Shown: piece after piece, positions 10,343 through 20,881 of the stretch
Position numbering within the stretch: position 1 is the first letter of the stretch
How the letters are laid out: each line of letters starts with the position of its first letter
NCBI GenBank assembly: GCA_963727445.1
Contig: CAVSGI010000027.1
Location: forward strand, 256,001 to 320,000
DNA length: 64,000 bases
Direction of reading: 5' to 3'
Source: an uncultured delta proteobacterium
GTDB lineage: Bacteria; Myxococcota_A; Polyangia; Polyangiales; B10-G4
Notes under the pieces: model-generated
Told to the model about the DNA's origin: nothing
The model's input: the letters and a program-made list of their open reading frames with translations, nothing else
Database searches by the model: none
Translations under genes and position numbers: made by a program

Positions 10343-11113
10343 CTACTCGGCCCCACCGATTCGGATCGCGGAGAGCAGCGCGCTCAGATCCTGCAGATCG
10401 TCGGCGTCTCCGCCGGGAGCGCCCGCGTAGCCGACGACCAACAGGAGCGCGAAGCGCCGCTCGCCGAGGGCGCTGTGCTCCGAGAGCGTGAAGGGCGTGC
10501 GCAAGAGGACGTACGCCTCGCGCGCAATCCCTTCGGGAGGCGCACGTCGCGCCCGGACCACGATGCCGCGCGCCTCCTGCCCCGCCACCCCGAGGGGCGC
10601 CTCGTCCAAGAGGTGCACCGAGTCGATGCTGGACTCGTCCTCGGGTGCGAGTAGCGACTCGCCCAGGAACGCGTCTCGCCCGCGCGCCAGGTCCCGCGCG
10701 TAGAGGCGCCCGAGCTCGCGGAGCGACGCGTTCGCGAGGTGGGCCGGAACGGGCACGCGGCGAACCCAGAGAAGCGCCCCATCGCTCTTTCGCCGGAGCC
10801 GCAGGTCGTAGAGGTGACCGTGGCCGATGTCGTCCGCACGCCCATCTCCGTCGACGTCGATGCGGATCGGGCCCGCCCACTCGGGACCGCGCCGTGGGAC
10901 CTTTCGCTCGCGCCCGCGCAGGCGACGGATGTGTGCGAAGCTGTCGAGCTCCCACGCCTCCGAGACGAAGGTCCCCACCCCGGCATCCGCGAAGCGCACC
11001 AGGTACGGCGCGTGCGAGCTCTCGAAGCCGCGCGCCGTCAGACGCCCGGGCGCCTGAGACGACGCGCAGGCGACGAGCGTCGTGAGCGCGAGGAGGGAGG
11101 CGATGCGGCTCAT
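10343..11113 (-). CDS. Hypothetical lipoprotein
   Basis: Signal peptide with lipobox LVAC; overlaps upstream ORF by 4 bp. Confidence 0.6.
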   Translation of the reverse strand: MSRIASLLALTTLVACASSQAPGRLTARGFESSHAPYLVRFADAGVGTFVSEAWELDSFAHIRRLRGRERKVPRRGPEWAGPIRIDVDGDGRADDIGHGHLYDLRLRRKSDGALLWVRRVPVPAHLANASLRELGRLYARDLARGRDAFLGESLLAPEDESSIDSVHLLDEAPLGVAGQEARGIVVRARRAPPEGIAREAYVLLRTPFTLSEHSALGERRFALLLVVGYAGAPGGDADDLQDLSALLSAIRIGGAE

Positions 11114-11859
11114 GGAGACACAGGTACCGTGAGCGCCAGCTCGAGCGCCACCGAAAGAGTGGAGTTGCCGGGGACCTCTGGATAGCCGACGAAACGCAGC
11201 CGCGCGCCCACGTCCCAGTTGGTCCTGGGGCCGAGCAGAAAGCCCACCTCGCCGCGGAGCTCACCGACGGCGCCCGACCGATCCCCGAAGGGCGCGAGCA
11301 CGCCGTCGGCGCTCTCGGCCCGACCGAAGAGCCAGCCGAAGCCCACCCCCAGCCCCGCGCCGAGATAGAAGCGCGACGCGGGCCTCAGGCGCGCAGCGAG
11401 GGTGATGGACGGGCTCAGGACAGAGACGTCTCGAGCGATCGGCGCGCCTGGCGACGTGTCCTGGCTGAAGTCGCCGTAGTGAAGGAAGCGCAGCCCCGCC
11501 TCGAGGCTCAGCTCGAGGAGCTCCGTGATCCCGAAGCGGCCGCCGACGAAGACCAGGCCTCCCGGTGCGGCGTGGGTGCGTGCCTCGCCGAAGAGCACGG
11601 CCGAAGGCCACACCCCGAGCTCGTAGACGAGCGCCGCGCCGACCGACAGGGAGAGCGGGCCGTCCCAATCGGTGGTGGTCGCGACGGGGCCGGGCTCCCG
11701 TGGCGGCGGATGCGCTTCGCGAAAGGCCGGCGAGAAGCCCGGCTCGTCCGTCGCTTCGGTCTCGGGTGCGTCGAGCGCGCCGCCCCCTTCGTGGCGGTCC
11801 TGGGCCTCTGCGCGTCCCCCGAGGAGACAGAGCGCGACGAGCGCCGCCGTGACCCCCAC
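11110..11859 (-). CDS. Hypothetical outer-membrane beta-barrel-like protein
   Basis: Signal peptide (AEA-Q) and alternating amphipathic beta-strand pattern. Confidence 0.55.
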   Translation of the reverse strand: MGVTAALVALCLLGGRAEAQDRHEGGGALDAPETEATDEPGFSPAFREAHPPPREPGPVATTTDWDGPLSLSVGAALVYELGVWPSAVLFGEARTHAAPGGLVFVGGRFGITELLELSLEAGLRFLHYGDFSQDTSPGAPIARDVSVLSPSITLAARLRPASRFYLGAGLGVGFGWLFGRAESADGVLAPFGDRSGAVGELRGEVGFLLGPRTNWDVGARLRFVGYPEVPGNSTLSVALELALTVPVSP

Positions 11860-11867
11860 CGCCGGCC

Positions 11868-12443
11868 TCAGAGCTTCAGCCGCCCAACCGCCCAGTGAAC
11901 ATCGGGATGCGGCCGGGCGATCAGCTCGCGCCCGGCGCGCAATCCCGGCTCGACGACCTCGTCTCCGGCTTCGAGGGACGCTTCCACTGCGTCCTGCGCG
12001 CCGACGAAGACGACGTAGCCCTTGCCGTCGATGCCGCGACAGAGGTGGAGCGCGACGAGCGCGACCTCCGCGGTCTTGAGCGCCGCATCGGCGGCGAGGA
12101 GCGTGGCCGCCGCAGTGCGCATCTCGAGCGTGCCGAGAGAGCCGTCGATGGGCGGCGGTGCGATGCCTTCGAGGGCGCTCGGGAGCGCCCCGTGGACGCC
12201 CGGGAGAACGAGCTCGTCGAGGATGTCCGCGCCGGCGAGCTCGCGCCCCGCATCCATCGATTCGAGCACTTCCTCTTCGCCGCCCGCGAAGACCAGGAGG
12301 TACTTGCCCGGCGTGATGGGATCGGCGCGGAGGATCCGCACCGGCGCGCGTTTCACCAGCGCGTCCGCCACCGAGAGCCCGCGCGCGATCGAGGCGACCT
12401 CGAGAACGGCGAGCGCTGGCGGCGTGGAGGGGTCGTGGACCAT
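11868..12443 (-). CDS. BMC shell protein, tandem domain (BMC-T, single-layer type)
   Basis: Two BMC domains: ALAVLEVASIARGLSVADALVK..TPGKY and LGTLEMRT..ADAALKTA..GIDGKG..IARPH. Confidence 0.88.
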   Translation of the reverse strand: MVHDPSTPPALAVLEVASIARGLSVADALVKRAPVRILRADPITPGKYLLVFAGGEEEVLESMDAGRELAGADILDELVLPGVHGALPSALEGIAPPPIDGSLGTLEMRTAAATLLAADAALKTAEVALVALHLCRGIDGKGYVVFVGAQDAVEASLEAGDEVVEPGLRAGRELIARPHPDVHWAVGRLKL

Positions 12444-12448
12444 CCCTC

Positions 12449-13987
12449 TCACACGATGCGGAAGTGATCTTTCAGCGTGCAGCGCCGCTCGCGGGTGAAG
12501 GTCCGACAGGTGGTGAGGCCCTCGCCCGTCGGGCTGGCGATGGTCCAGCTGGTGTAGCCCTCGCCTCCCGCGCCGATGCCCGCAAAGTTCGGAGCGTTCT
12601 TGACGAAGATCGAGCTGTTGCAGACCCGCGCCATGCGGCTGAGGTTGTCGATGCTCGTCGAGTACATCACCGCCGTGTGGCCGTAGCCGTGCTCGACGCG
12701 CTTCGCACACTGGATGGCGGACTCGACATCAGGCTGGCGAACGACGCCGACGACGGGCATCAGCATCTCGGTCTGCACGAAGGGATGGTCTTCGGGCACG
12801 TCGGCGAAGAGGAGCCTGAGGTCGCCGTCCACCCGCTTGCCGGAAGCCGCGAGCAGCACGGAAGCGCTCCGGCCGACGAAGTCTCGGTTGATGTGATTCT
12901 CGCTGTCGAGGAGCGTCTTTTCGAGGGCGCGGAGCTCGGACTGGCTGAGCTTGTAGGCGCCGTGACGCTGCATCTCCTTCATCAGCTTGTCGGCGATGTC
13001 GGAGACCGCGACGACCTCCTTCTCGCAGGTGCAGATGACGTTGTTGTCGAAGGAGGCGCCGGCGATGACGCCGCGGGCCGCGCGCTCGATGTCGGCCGTC
13101 TCGTCGACCACCACCGGCGGGTTGCCAGGGCCGGCGCTGATGGCGCGCTTGCCGGAGCGCATCGCTTCCTTGACGACCGCGCCGCCCCCGGTGACGACCA
13201 CCAGGCGCACCCCTTTGTGGCGCATCAGGTTCTGCGCGGTCTCGATGGTGGGCTCGGCGACGCAGTTGAGGAGCTCGGCGGGACCGCCAGCGTCACGGAT
13301 TGCCTCGTTGAGGAGCGCGATGTACCAGGCGCTGGTGCCGCGAGCGAGGGGATGGACGTTGAAGACCACCGAGTTGCCGCCCGCGACCATCCCGATGCCG
13401 TTGTTGATGATGGTCTCGGTCGGGTTGGTGCAGGGCGTGATCGAGGCGATGACGCCGAAGGGCGCGCGCTCGAGGAGCATCAGTCCGTCGTCGCCGCTCT
13501 GCGCGATGGGCTCGAGGAACTCGGGGCCGGGCGTCTTGGTGATGGCGACGCGGTTCTTGATCAGCTTGTCCTCGACGCGGCCGAGGCTGGTCTCCTGGAC
13601 CGCTCGATTCGCCATCTCGTCGAGATGCGCGAGGGCCACCTCGCGCATGCGGCGCACGACGGCGTAGCGCGTCGCGAGCGGCATCTCGTCGTACTCCTCG
13701 AAGGCGCGGCGCGCGGTGGCGACGGCGGTGTCGAGGTCGTCGTGGACGCCAGGGCGGCGGCCGCGCGTGTGCACCGCCGGTGCGGGCGCCGCGTGGGCCA
13801 CGAACGCCGACGCCGGATGTTCGGTGACCCGCTGGCCCGCGCCCACGGTGACCGCCTTGGCCTCCGAGGGCGGGAGCTGCTCTTCGACGACGTTGACCGA
13901 GAGGCGGCTGCGCAAGCGCCCCACGACCGCGTCGACGATGGCGTCGAGGGTGGGCTCGTCGAGCCCGCCGGTGGGCTGGCGACGCAT
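12449..13987 (-). CDS. eutE: CoA-acylating aldehyde dehydrogenase (EutE/PduP-like) with N-terminal encapsulation peptide
   Basis: ITPCTNPT, VVTGG, AGPGNPPVVVDETADI, FDNNVICTCEKE, SPTGEGLT; N-terminal amphipathic LDAIVDAVVGRL. Confidence 0.9.
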   Translation of the reverse strand: MRRQPTGGLDEPTLDAIVDAVVGRLRSRLSVNVVEEQLPPSEAKAVTVGAGQRVTEHPASAFVAHAAPAPAVHTRGRRPGVHDDLDTAVATARRAFEEYDEMPLATRYAVVRRMREVALAHLDEMANRAVQETSLGRVEDKLIKNRVAITKTPGPEFLEPIAQSGDDGLMLLERAPFGVIASITPCTNPTETIINNGIGMVAGGNSVVFNVHPLARGTSAWYIALLNEAIRDAGGPAELLNCVAEPTIETAQNLMRHKGVRLVVVTGGGAVVKEAMRSGKRAISAGPGNPPVVVDETADIERAARGVIAGASFDNNVICTCEKEVVAVSDIADKLMKEMQRHGAYKLSQSELRALEKTLLDSENHINRDFVGRSASVLLAASGKRVDGDLRLLFADVPEDHPFVQTEMLMPVVGVVRQPDVESAIQCAKRVEHGYGHTAVMYSTSIDNLSRMARVCNSSIFVKNAPNFAGIGAGGEGYTSWTIASPTGEGLTTCRTFTRERRCTLKDHFRIV

Positions 13988-14310
13988 CAGCTACCCCCTC
14001 GCACTTCCGCCGAATCCTCGCCGTACTTGTCGTAGTCGACCTGCCCTCTCGTCTCGACGGTGTCGACGATGGCCATGATCACGCAGTCCACTGGCCGGTC
14101 CTTGGTGAGCACGGTCTGACGCGCGCTCGAGCCCGAAGCGTAGAGCACGACCTCCCCCACGCCGGCGCCGACCGCGTCGGCCGCGACGAGGGTCGCCCCT
14201 TGAGGTTTGCCGTCCAGATCGCACTGCTTGAGGAGGAGGAACTTGAGGCCTTCGAGCTCCTCCTCCTTCCGGCTGGCGACGACGGTCCCGATGACGCGCG
14301 CCAGATACAT
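13987..14310 (-). CDS. BMC pentameric vertex protein (EutN/CcmL family)
   Basis: [51 protein letters not shown]. Confidence 0.95.
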   Translation of the reverse strand: MYLARVIGTVVASRKEEELEGLKFLLLKQCDLDGKPQGATLVAADAVGAGVGEVVLYASGSSARQTVLTKDRPVDCVIMAIVDTVETRGQVDYDKYGEDSAEVRGGS

Positions 14311-14316
14311 GGCCCG

Positions 14317-14607
14317 TTACTCGGCGGCGTCGCCGCGACCGAGAGGCAGGCTCGTATCCACGTTCGCATGCGGACGCGGAATGACGTGCACGCTCACGAG
14401 CTCACCCACGCGCTCGGCGGCGCGGGCCCCGGCCTCGGTCGCCGCCTTGACGGCTGCGACGTCACCGCGAACCACGGCGGTCACGTAGCCGCCGCCGATC
14501 TTCTCGTAGGTCACGAGCTCCACGCGAGCGGCCTTCACCATGGCATCCGCGGCCTCGACCATGGCCACGAAACCCTTCGTCTCGATCATTCCCAGTGCGT
14601 CTGCCAT
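14317..14607 (-). CDS. BMC hexameric shell protein (BMC-H, EutM-like)
   Basis: [44 protein letters not shown]. Confidence 0.96.
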   Translation of the reverse strand: MADALGMIETKGFVAMVEAADAMVKAARVELVTYEKIGGGYVTAVVRGDVAAVKAATEAGARAAERVGELVSVHVIPRPHANVDTSLPLGRGDAAE

Positions 14608-14639
14608 CTATTCTTTCTCTCTGTTGGGAAAGTGGGTGC

Positions 14640-15275
14640 TCAGCGGTTGAGCTGAACCTTCTCGGAGATGCCTTCGATGCCTTCGATCGCCTTCTGCGCC
14701 GCTTCGGCAGCAGCGTCGATCTCGGCCTCGGTGCCGCTCATGTAGAGACGCCCGAAAGCGCCGTAAGGGCGGATGTTCACCAGAAAGACGTTGGCGGCCT
14801 TCTCCGCTTCGTTGGCGGCGAAGGTCACGTAGCCGGCGGGGCTGGTCTCCATCAGGAAGAGCGACTGCCCCGGCAGGATCATCATCCCCGCGCTGTTGCG
14901 GTTCACGATCTGCGCCTGGTACGGCTCGATGGCGCGGATGATCTCGTGGGTGACCACGTTGGGCTGGATGCGCTCCTCTTCCTTGACGCCGAGGCCGTCG
15001 AGGATCGCCTTGCCGGCGTCCATGACCTGCCCCTTGTCGTCGGCGTGCACCTCGAGCAGGCCATAGGCGCGCTCGACCACCTGAACGGCGGGCGCCACCT
15101 TGGTGGCCTTGAGGGCCGTGTCGGTCACACGGTTGATCGCCATGCCGGGAGCCGTCTCCACCCACAGAGACGCCTGGTTCGGAACGGGCAGGAAGCCGCG
15201 CGCCGTCTTGCCGATGAAGGAGGCGAGCTGCGGCTGCAGGCTGTCGAGAAAGACGTAGGTCCGAAGCGTGATCAT
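14640..15275 (-). CDS. BMC-T permuted, double-stacking shell protein (CsoS1D/CcmP-like)
   Basis: [44 protein letters not shown]. Confidence 0.9.
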   Translation of the reverse strand: MITLRTYVFLDSLQPQLASFIGKTARGFLPVPNQASLWVETAPGMAINRVTDTALKATKVAPAVQVVERAYGLLEVHADDKGQVMDAGKAILDGLGVKEEERIQPNVVTHEIIRAIEPYQAQIVNRNSAGMMILPGQSLFLMETSPAGYVTFAANEAEKAANVFLVNIRPYGAFGRLYMSGTEAEIDAAAEAAQKAIEGIEGISEKVQLNR

Positions 15276-15462
15276 CGGGCGCGCGAAGCTAGCAGGGGGG
15301 ACGCCAAATGGGAATGGGCAATTCGGGCCGAAAATCGAAGGGAAACGCGGCTGGGTCGCCCCCACATCGGGGGTCGCGGGCTTCGGATCGCGTTCGAGGC
15401 GCGGGTCGACGCCAGCCAGCCCCGGCTGTCGAACGCCGAGATGTGAGCTCGTCGTGAGGGCT

Positions 15463-16482
15463 TCACCGCGCGACGAGGATCAACACGTCGTCGTTGTCGC
15501 GCCCGAAGTGCGCGAGCAGATGCTCGGCGATGGCGACCGGGTGACGGCGCAGGAGCGCCCGCTCCTCGGAGATGTCGACGCGCGTCGTGAGCCCGTCGGT
15601 GAACATCACCACGACGTCGTGTTCGCGTAGCTCCTCGCGCTCCACCTTCCAGCCGCCCCTGCGTGCTCGCTTCTCGCCGAGCACACCCGCGCCGGACGCG
15701 ATGCAGACGCACTCCCTCGGGCGGTAGATGTGGGTGCGGATGTCGCCGAGGGCCGCCTGCTCGAGCTGGCGCATCTGGTGGTCGATGCGAGCGGCTGCCA
15801 TGACGACGCCCCTCGTTCCTCGCAGCGCCTCGTCCACCGCGTCGAGGATCGCAGCGGGCGCCTCTTCGGCTCGCTCGCGGAAGCACGACGACGCGGTGGT
15901 CGCGACGTCCTGCGCCAGGATCCCGTGTCCGAGGCCATCGATGACGCCGAGCGTGAGGTGTTCGTCGCCACGAACGAACGCGCCGTCGTCCCCGCTGTCG
16001 GTCTCACCCACGCAGGGCCGGCCGAGGATGGCCACCTCGCAGCGGTAGGGCGGCGGCGCCTCGAAGCGCCGCGCCCAGACGCAGGTGCCCCGGTCGATTC
16101 GAATGTCGAAGTCGAGCTCGTCGCACGCCTCCCGCACCGCGGCGAGACCCTGCCCCAAGCTCCCGCTCGCGCGGCCGACCCCGTCCAGGGCGAGACCAGG
16201 CTCCAGGATCCCTTTTCCTCGATCGGCCGCCACCAGCTCCATGCCCCGCACCCCTGCCCGGACGACGGTGCGCGCCGCGATGCGCCCTGCCCTGGCGTGG
16301 CGCAGCTGGTTGCGCGCGAGCTCCGTCGCGACCGTGGCCATCGTCTCGAACTCCGTGGTTGGCAGCCCCATCTCCGCCCCCAGCGCTCGCACCCGCTGGC
16401 GCACGAGCGTGAGGGATGCGTCGTCGAGGACGGGGATCGCCTCGGCATCCCCCAACCAGGCGCTCACCGGGTCCGCTTCCAC
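15463..16482 (-). CDS. RsbT-like HATPase domain fused to a SpoIIE/PP2C phosphatase (RsbX-like)
   Basis: [22 protein letters not shown], then SGD, IDGLGHG, GDI, FTDGL, DDVL. Confidence 0.85.
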   Translation of the reverse strand: MEADPVSAWLGDAEAIPVLDDASLTLVRQRVRALGAEMGLPTTEFETMATVATELARNQLRHARAGRIAARTVVRAGVRGMELVAADRGKGILEPGLALDGVGRASGSLGQGLAAVREACDELDFDIRIDRGTCVWARRFEAPPPYRCEVAILGRPCVGETDSGDDGAFVRGDEHLTLGVIDGLGHGILAQDVATTASSCFRERAEEAPAAILDAVDEALRGTRGVVMAAARIDHQMRQLEQAALGDIRTHIYRPRECVCIASGAGVLGEKRARRGGWKVEREELREHDVVVMFTDGLTTRVDISEERALLRRHPVAIAEHLLAHFGRDNDDVLILVAR

Positions 16483-16883
16483 TTCACCACCGTGACGGAG
16501 GTGCCACCGCCCACGGTCGTTTCGATGCTGAACTCGTCCACGAGCCGGCGGCTCCCCGAGACCCCCAAGCCCAGGGTCCGCGCGGTGCTGTGCCCTCCGG
16601 CGAGGACCCGATCGAGGTCCGCGATCCCCGGCCCTTCGTCGCGAAATTCGACCCGGATGCCCTGTTGCGGGCCCTTCACCACGTGCTCGACCTGGGCCAC
16701 CCCTCCCCCAGCGTGAACCCAGACGTTTCGGCTGAGCTCGGAGGTGGCGGTGGTGATGGCGGCGATGGCGAAGGGGTCGAAGTCGAGCTTCTCCGCCAGC
16801 ACCCGCACCTTGCGCCGGGTGAGCACGATCTGGTCTTCCGACTCGATCGCGGTCTGCTCGCTCGTCTCGACACGCAGGGTCAT
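16464..16883 (-). CDS. rsbT: Stressosome Ser/Thr kinase RsbT
   Basis: [46 protein letters not shown]. Confidence 0.9.
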   Translation of the reverse strand: MTLRVETSEQTAIESEDQIVLTRRKVRVLAEKLDFDPFAIAAITTATSELSRNVWVHAGGGVAQVEHVVKGPQQGIRVEFRDEGPGIADLDRVLAGGHSTARTLGLGVSGSRRLVDEFSIETTVGGGTSVTVVKWKRTR

Positions 16884-16888
16884 CGGAC

Positions 16889-17266
16889 TCAACCGTGGTG
16901 TTGCTTCGAGCTCTTCTCGAGCAGGGCCAGACCGGCGTCGACGTTGAGTGCCGTGCGCACGCCTTCCATCCGAAAGCCCATCCGCACCAGGGTGGCCGCC
17001 ACCACCGGCCGCATCCCGACCACCACCGTCTGGGTCCCCATGAGCGCCGCCATGCTCCCCGTGTTGGCGATGACGCGCGCGACGTAGCTGTCCACCATGT
17101 CGAGGCCGGTGATGTCGATCAGAAGCCCGGTGGCGCCAGTGGACGCGATCTTCTCGAGGATGTCCTCCTGGAAGGCGTCGGCGTTCGTGTCGCCGAGCTC
17201 GACCTGGATGGATGCGAGGAGCGTGGAGCCGATCTGGAGGACCGGGATGGGCCCATGCGCGCTCAT
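16889..17266 (-). CDS. rsbS: Stressosome STAS protein RsbS
   Basis: IPVLQIG..LIDITGLDMVDSY (phospho-Ser motif)..GMRPVVAATLVRMG. Confidence 0.9.
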   Translation of the reverse strand: MSAHGPIPVLQIGSTLLASIQVELGDTNADAFQEDILEKIASTGATGLLIDITGLDMVDSYVARVIANTGSMAALMGTQTVVVGMRPVVAATLVRMGFRMEGVRTALNVDAGLALLEKSSKQHHG

Positions 17267-18195
17267 CGAGCCGCTCCCGACGGCGGCGGCGCCACTCGGC
17301 TCCCGACGATCTCGAACGCGAGCTCGAGGGCGGCCGCGAGCTGCCCTCGGGTGTGCATGGAGGAGATGTCCATCCCGAGATTGACGATCGTCTTCGCGAT
17401 CGTCGGCGAGATTCCGGAGAGGATCGTCTTCGCACCGAGCAACCGAACCGCCTCGGTGGTCTTGATCAGGTGGTCGGCGACCTTGGTGTCGACGACCGGG
17501 ACACCGGCGATGTCGATGATGATCGCGTGGGCCTGTTTCGCCGCGATCTCCACCAGCACCGTCTCCATGAGCTGGTCGGCGCGATGGGTGTCGATCGAGC
17601 CGATGAGCGGCAAGAGCAGGACCTTTTCGTGGATCTCGATCACCGGGGTCGACATCTCGCGGATCGCCGCCTGGTGTCGCGCGAGCGCGTCGAGCTGCGC
17701 CGCGATGTAGCTGTCCATGGCCAGAGCCATGTCGAAGGCGACGAGCTTCTCGATGCTCCGGTACATCGCTCGCGCTTCTCCTGGCTCGGGGAGCTCCTCG
17801 TCGAGCCAGGTGTGGACCGAACGCAGGTAGCGGGCGTAGGCGCCGATATACCACTTGGGCGGGATGCCGACGCGCTCGTGAGCGATGCCGATGCGGAGTC
17901 GATCCATCGCATACGAAAGATCGCAGCGCCCTTCGAAGAGCCCGAGAAAGTAGTCGCGCTGCGCGCGCTTGACCCGGACGAGGGTGCCTCGGTCGCTGAA
18001 GTGTCTACGAGCGTCGTCGTGACCCAGGATCAGCTCGTAGAGGTCCTCGACGATGGCCTCGGTGTTCTTCTCGGCCACGCTCTTGAGGCTCGCCAATCGC
18101 TCGAGGTCCTCTGGCTCGATCTCGAAGAACGCGATGCGGCTCTTCACCTCCGCGTCATCGAGCCCGATCTTGTCCATGAAGTATTCGAGCGACAT
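17263..18195 (-). CDS. rsbR: Stressosome sensor RsbR with an N-terminal protoglobin-like domain
   Basis: Globin (RLRIGIAHERVGIPPKWYIGAY) plus STAS (STPVI..LPLIGSIDTHRA..DIAGVPVVDT). Confidence 0.88.
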   Translation of the reverse strand: MSLEYFMDKIGLDDAEVKSRIAFFEIEPEDLERLASLKSVAEKNTEAIVEDLYELILGHDDARRHFSDRGTLVRVKRAQRDYFLGLFEGRCDLSYAMDRLRIGIAHERVGIPPKWYIGAYARYLRSVHTWLDEELPEPGEARAMYRSIEKLVAFDMALAMDSYIAAQLDALARHQAAIREMSTPVIEIHEKVLLLPLIGSIDTHRADQLMETVLVEIAAKQAHAIIIDIAGVPVVDTKVADHLIKTTEAVRLLGAKTILSGISPTIAKTIVNLGMDISSMHTRGQLAAALELAFEIVGSRVAPPPSGAAR

Positions 18196-18197
18196 GT

Positions 18198-20765
18198 TCA
18201 GCTTTCCCCGTCGAGAGCTTCGCAGATTGCCTTCACCAGCTCCGCCACGTCCAGAGGCTTCGAGACGTGACGAGCTTCGATGCCGAGCTCGGCCACGACG
18301 TCTCCCTCGTGTCCGGTCATCAGAATCGCAGGGACCTGCCCGAGCCGCTCCCGTGCCAGTCGTACGAGCTCGGGCCCTCTGAGACCCGGCATCTCCACGT
18401 CCGCGACCAGAACATCCGTTCCATTCGCCTCGAGCTCCGCCAGCGCTTCGGCGCCGTTCCCCGCCGCGGTCACCACGAACCCCTCGTCCTCGAGAAGGGC
18501 GATCAGCGCGGCGCGGGCGGTCGGCTCGTCCTCGGCAACCAGCACCCGCGCGCCCCGATGGCGAACCGGGTCTCGCTCCTCGGCGGGCGGCTCGCACGGA
18601 ACCATCTCGGACGCCAGAGGCAGCTCGATGGTGAACGTCGTCCCCTCACCGACCCGGCTCTGCACGGAGATCCGGCCGCGATGCGCCTCCACGATCCCCT
18701 TGGCGATGGCCAGGCCCAGGCCGGTTCCCAGGTGCGCGGTCTCCTCCGCCTGCCAGTAGTGGTCGAAGACGTACGGAAGGTCGCCCTCGGCGATCCCCCG
18801 ACCTTCGTCCGTCACGTTCAGGCTCAGCCACCCGGGTGCGCCTTCGTGCGAGGAGACGATGACGCGCCGACCCTTGGTCGTGAACTTGACCGCGTTGGAG
18901 AGAAGGTTCGCGAGCACCTGAATGAGCCGCTCCCGATCGCAATCGACGACGAGGTCGTCCGCGTGGAGCTCGCTCGCGAGAGCCAGGCCCTTCTTGGCGG
19001 CCGAGTCCTCGATGAGCGCCACCGCGTCGTGGACGAGCTTCGAGACGCTCTCGGGACGCGTCGCGATCGACAACCGTCCCTCCTCGATGGCGCTGACGTC
19101 GCGGAGGTCGGCGATCAGCCGGCGCATCAGGCCGACCGCCCGCTCGATGCTCGCCACCAGGTCGAGCACGGCGGGATCCTCGCTCTGGAGCATCTGGCTG
19201 CCCAGCATGATGGTGCTCAGCGGATTCTTCAGGTCGTGTGAAACGATGGCCATGAGCCCATCGCGACTCCGAATCGCTGCGAGAGCCCGCTCGTAGAGCG
19301 ACGCGTTGTCGAGGATCGTGGCGATCCGATCCGCCGCGAGCTCGAGGAGGCGCAGCTCGTCGTAGGCGAACTGGCGAACCCCACCCGAGGCGAGGCAGAG
19401 GACGCCCGCCACGCGGTCGCGAACGCGGAGGGGGGCCCCCAACACCGAATGAACACGCGGCTCGCAACCCGCGTCGGCGGCGAGCTCCCACAGGTCGTCG
19501 AAGAACATCGCTTCGCCCTTCGCCGCGACCTTCCCCGCCACGTCGGGCCCGCAGAGGAGCGCGAGCTCCGCGTCGCCGAGCCCCACGCTGCTTCGATGGC
19601 TGAGCGCCCCTTTGTCCGGGTTCACCAGCAGCACCGTGGCGGCTTCGATCGCGAAGATCTCGCAAAGGGCGCGCAGAACCGCGTCGAGCGATTCATCCAG
19701 GCTCGCGCCCTCGAGCGCGGCGTTGGCGATGGCCTGCAGATCTTCCAGCCTTCGGGTCGCTCGTTGGGCTTCGAAGCGCGCCGCCTCGAGCTCCAGCTGG
19801 TCGTGTCGGCGGTCGAGCGCGACCGCCAGTTGACTCGCCAGGGCGCTCACGAAGAGGAGGTCTTCCTCGTCGATCGCGGCGGCCGCTTCGATCGAGAAGG
19901 CGCCGAAGACCCTGCCGCGGACGACCAGCGGCAAAGTGACGAAGGCGCGCTGCTCCTGGCCTTCCGCCACGCCCCCCGCGAGCGGCGCCCCGCGACTGAC
20001 CACGCTCGAGGGCATCTGCCGACCTGGGGTCAAGTAGCCGAGAACCGCGCGGGCGTGGTCGCGGGCCGCTTCGAGCTCTCCCACGGGCACGCCTTCGGCA
20101 GTCCAGGTCCACATGCTGAGCAGGTCCTGGGTCGTGTCGAGCAGAACGGCGGCTCGAACCGGAAGGGCGTTCGTCAAGACGGGCAGGAGCTCGTCGCAGG
20201 CCTTCTCGACGCCATGGGAGCGCGATAGGACGCGCTGCGTCGCGTACAGACCCGCGAGCCGTCCGTAGTCCGACGGGATGGGGAACGCTTCGACATCCGT
20301 CGCGCCAGACGACCGCCCTCGCCCCTTCTTCGTGGCGACAACGCCCGACGCGACGTGCTGTCTTTGGTCGGGCGCGATGATCGCACGGAGCGCTGGCTCG
20401 AGCACTCGACCGGAGAGCTCGCCCAGCACCCCGAGCAGCGCCACGAGGGTCTCCGCCAGAGCGTCCTCGCCGATCCCCGACGAGTGGGCGAGGCGGAGCC
20501 CACGTGCGTCGACCTCGGCGGAGCGCAGACCCGGAAACCTCTCCGCGACGTTGGCGACGACCGCCCGGACGATCGGCGCGAGCATCCCGTCTCCGAGGAC
20601 GAGGGCAGCGCGCTGACCGATCGCGGCGCAGGCGCGCTCGAAGGCTTCGACGACGGACCCGGTCCGCGCCTGGTCCAACCACCCATCGACAAGAGCGCGC
20701 CGCTCTCCCTCGTCGAAGACGAGGGACGACTCTGGCGCCGGAGGTGCCGCTGGAGCGTCCGTCAT
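18198..20765 (-). CDS. Hybrid histidine kinase (GAF-GAF-HisKA-HATPase-REC)
   Basis: SHDLKNPL, QVLANLLSNAVKFT, GTGLGLAI, C-terminal receiver (DVEMPG..KP); start uncertain (up to 20810). Confidence 0.87.
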   Translation of the reverse strand: MTDAPAAPPAPESSLVFDEGERRALVDGWLDQARTGSVVEAFERACAAIGQRAALVLGDGMLAPIVRAVVANVAERFPGLRSAEVDARGLRLAHSSGIGEDALAETLVALLGVLGELSGRVLEPALRAIIAPDQRQHVASGVVATKKGRGRSSGATDVEAFPIPSDYGRLAGLYATQRVLSRSHGVEKACDELLPVLTNALPVRAAVLLDTTQDLLSMWTWTAEGVPVGELEAARDHARAVLGYLTPGRQMPSSVVSRGAPLAGGVAEGQEQRAFVTLPLVVRGRVFGAFSIEAAAAIDEEDLLFVSALASQLAVALDRRHDQLELEAARFEAQRATRRLEDLQAIANAALEGASLDESLDAVLRALCEIFAIEAATVLLVNPDKGALSHRSSVGLGDAELALLCGPDVAGKVAAKGEAMFFDDLWELAADAGCEPRVHSVLGAPLRVRDRVAGVLCLASGGVRQFAYDELRLLELAADRIATILDNASLYERALAAIRSRDGLMAIVSHDLKNPLSTIMLGSQMLQSEDPAVLDLVASIERAVGLMRRLIADLRDVSAIEEGRLSIATRPESVSKLVHDAVALIEDSAAKKGLALASELHADDLVVDCDRERLIQVLANLLSNAVKFTTKGRRVIVSSHEGAPGWLSLNVTDEGRGIAEGDLPYVFDHYWQAEETAHLGTGLGLAIAKGIVEAHRGRISVQSRVGEGTTFTIELPLASEMVPCEPPAEERDPVRHRGARVLVAEDEPTARAALIALLEDEGFVVTAAGNGAEALAELEANGTDVLVADVEMPGLRGPELVRLARERLGQVPAILMTGHEGDVVAELGIEARHVSKPLDVAELVKAICEALDGES

Positions 20766-20881
20766 CGCTGCGGCAGATGCTGTCCCATGCAGCGAATCCA
20801 GGGCACCCACAGGTTTGGGGATTCTCGGCGCCGGATGGCGTGAGGACGCCCGTCCCCATCCGAATTCGAGGACGAGAGCAC

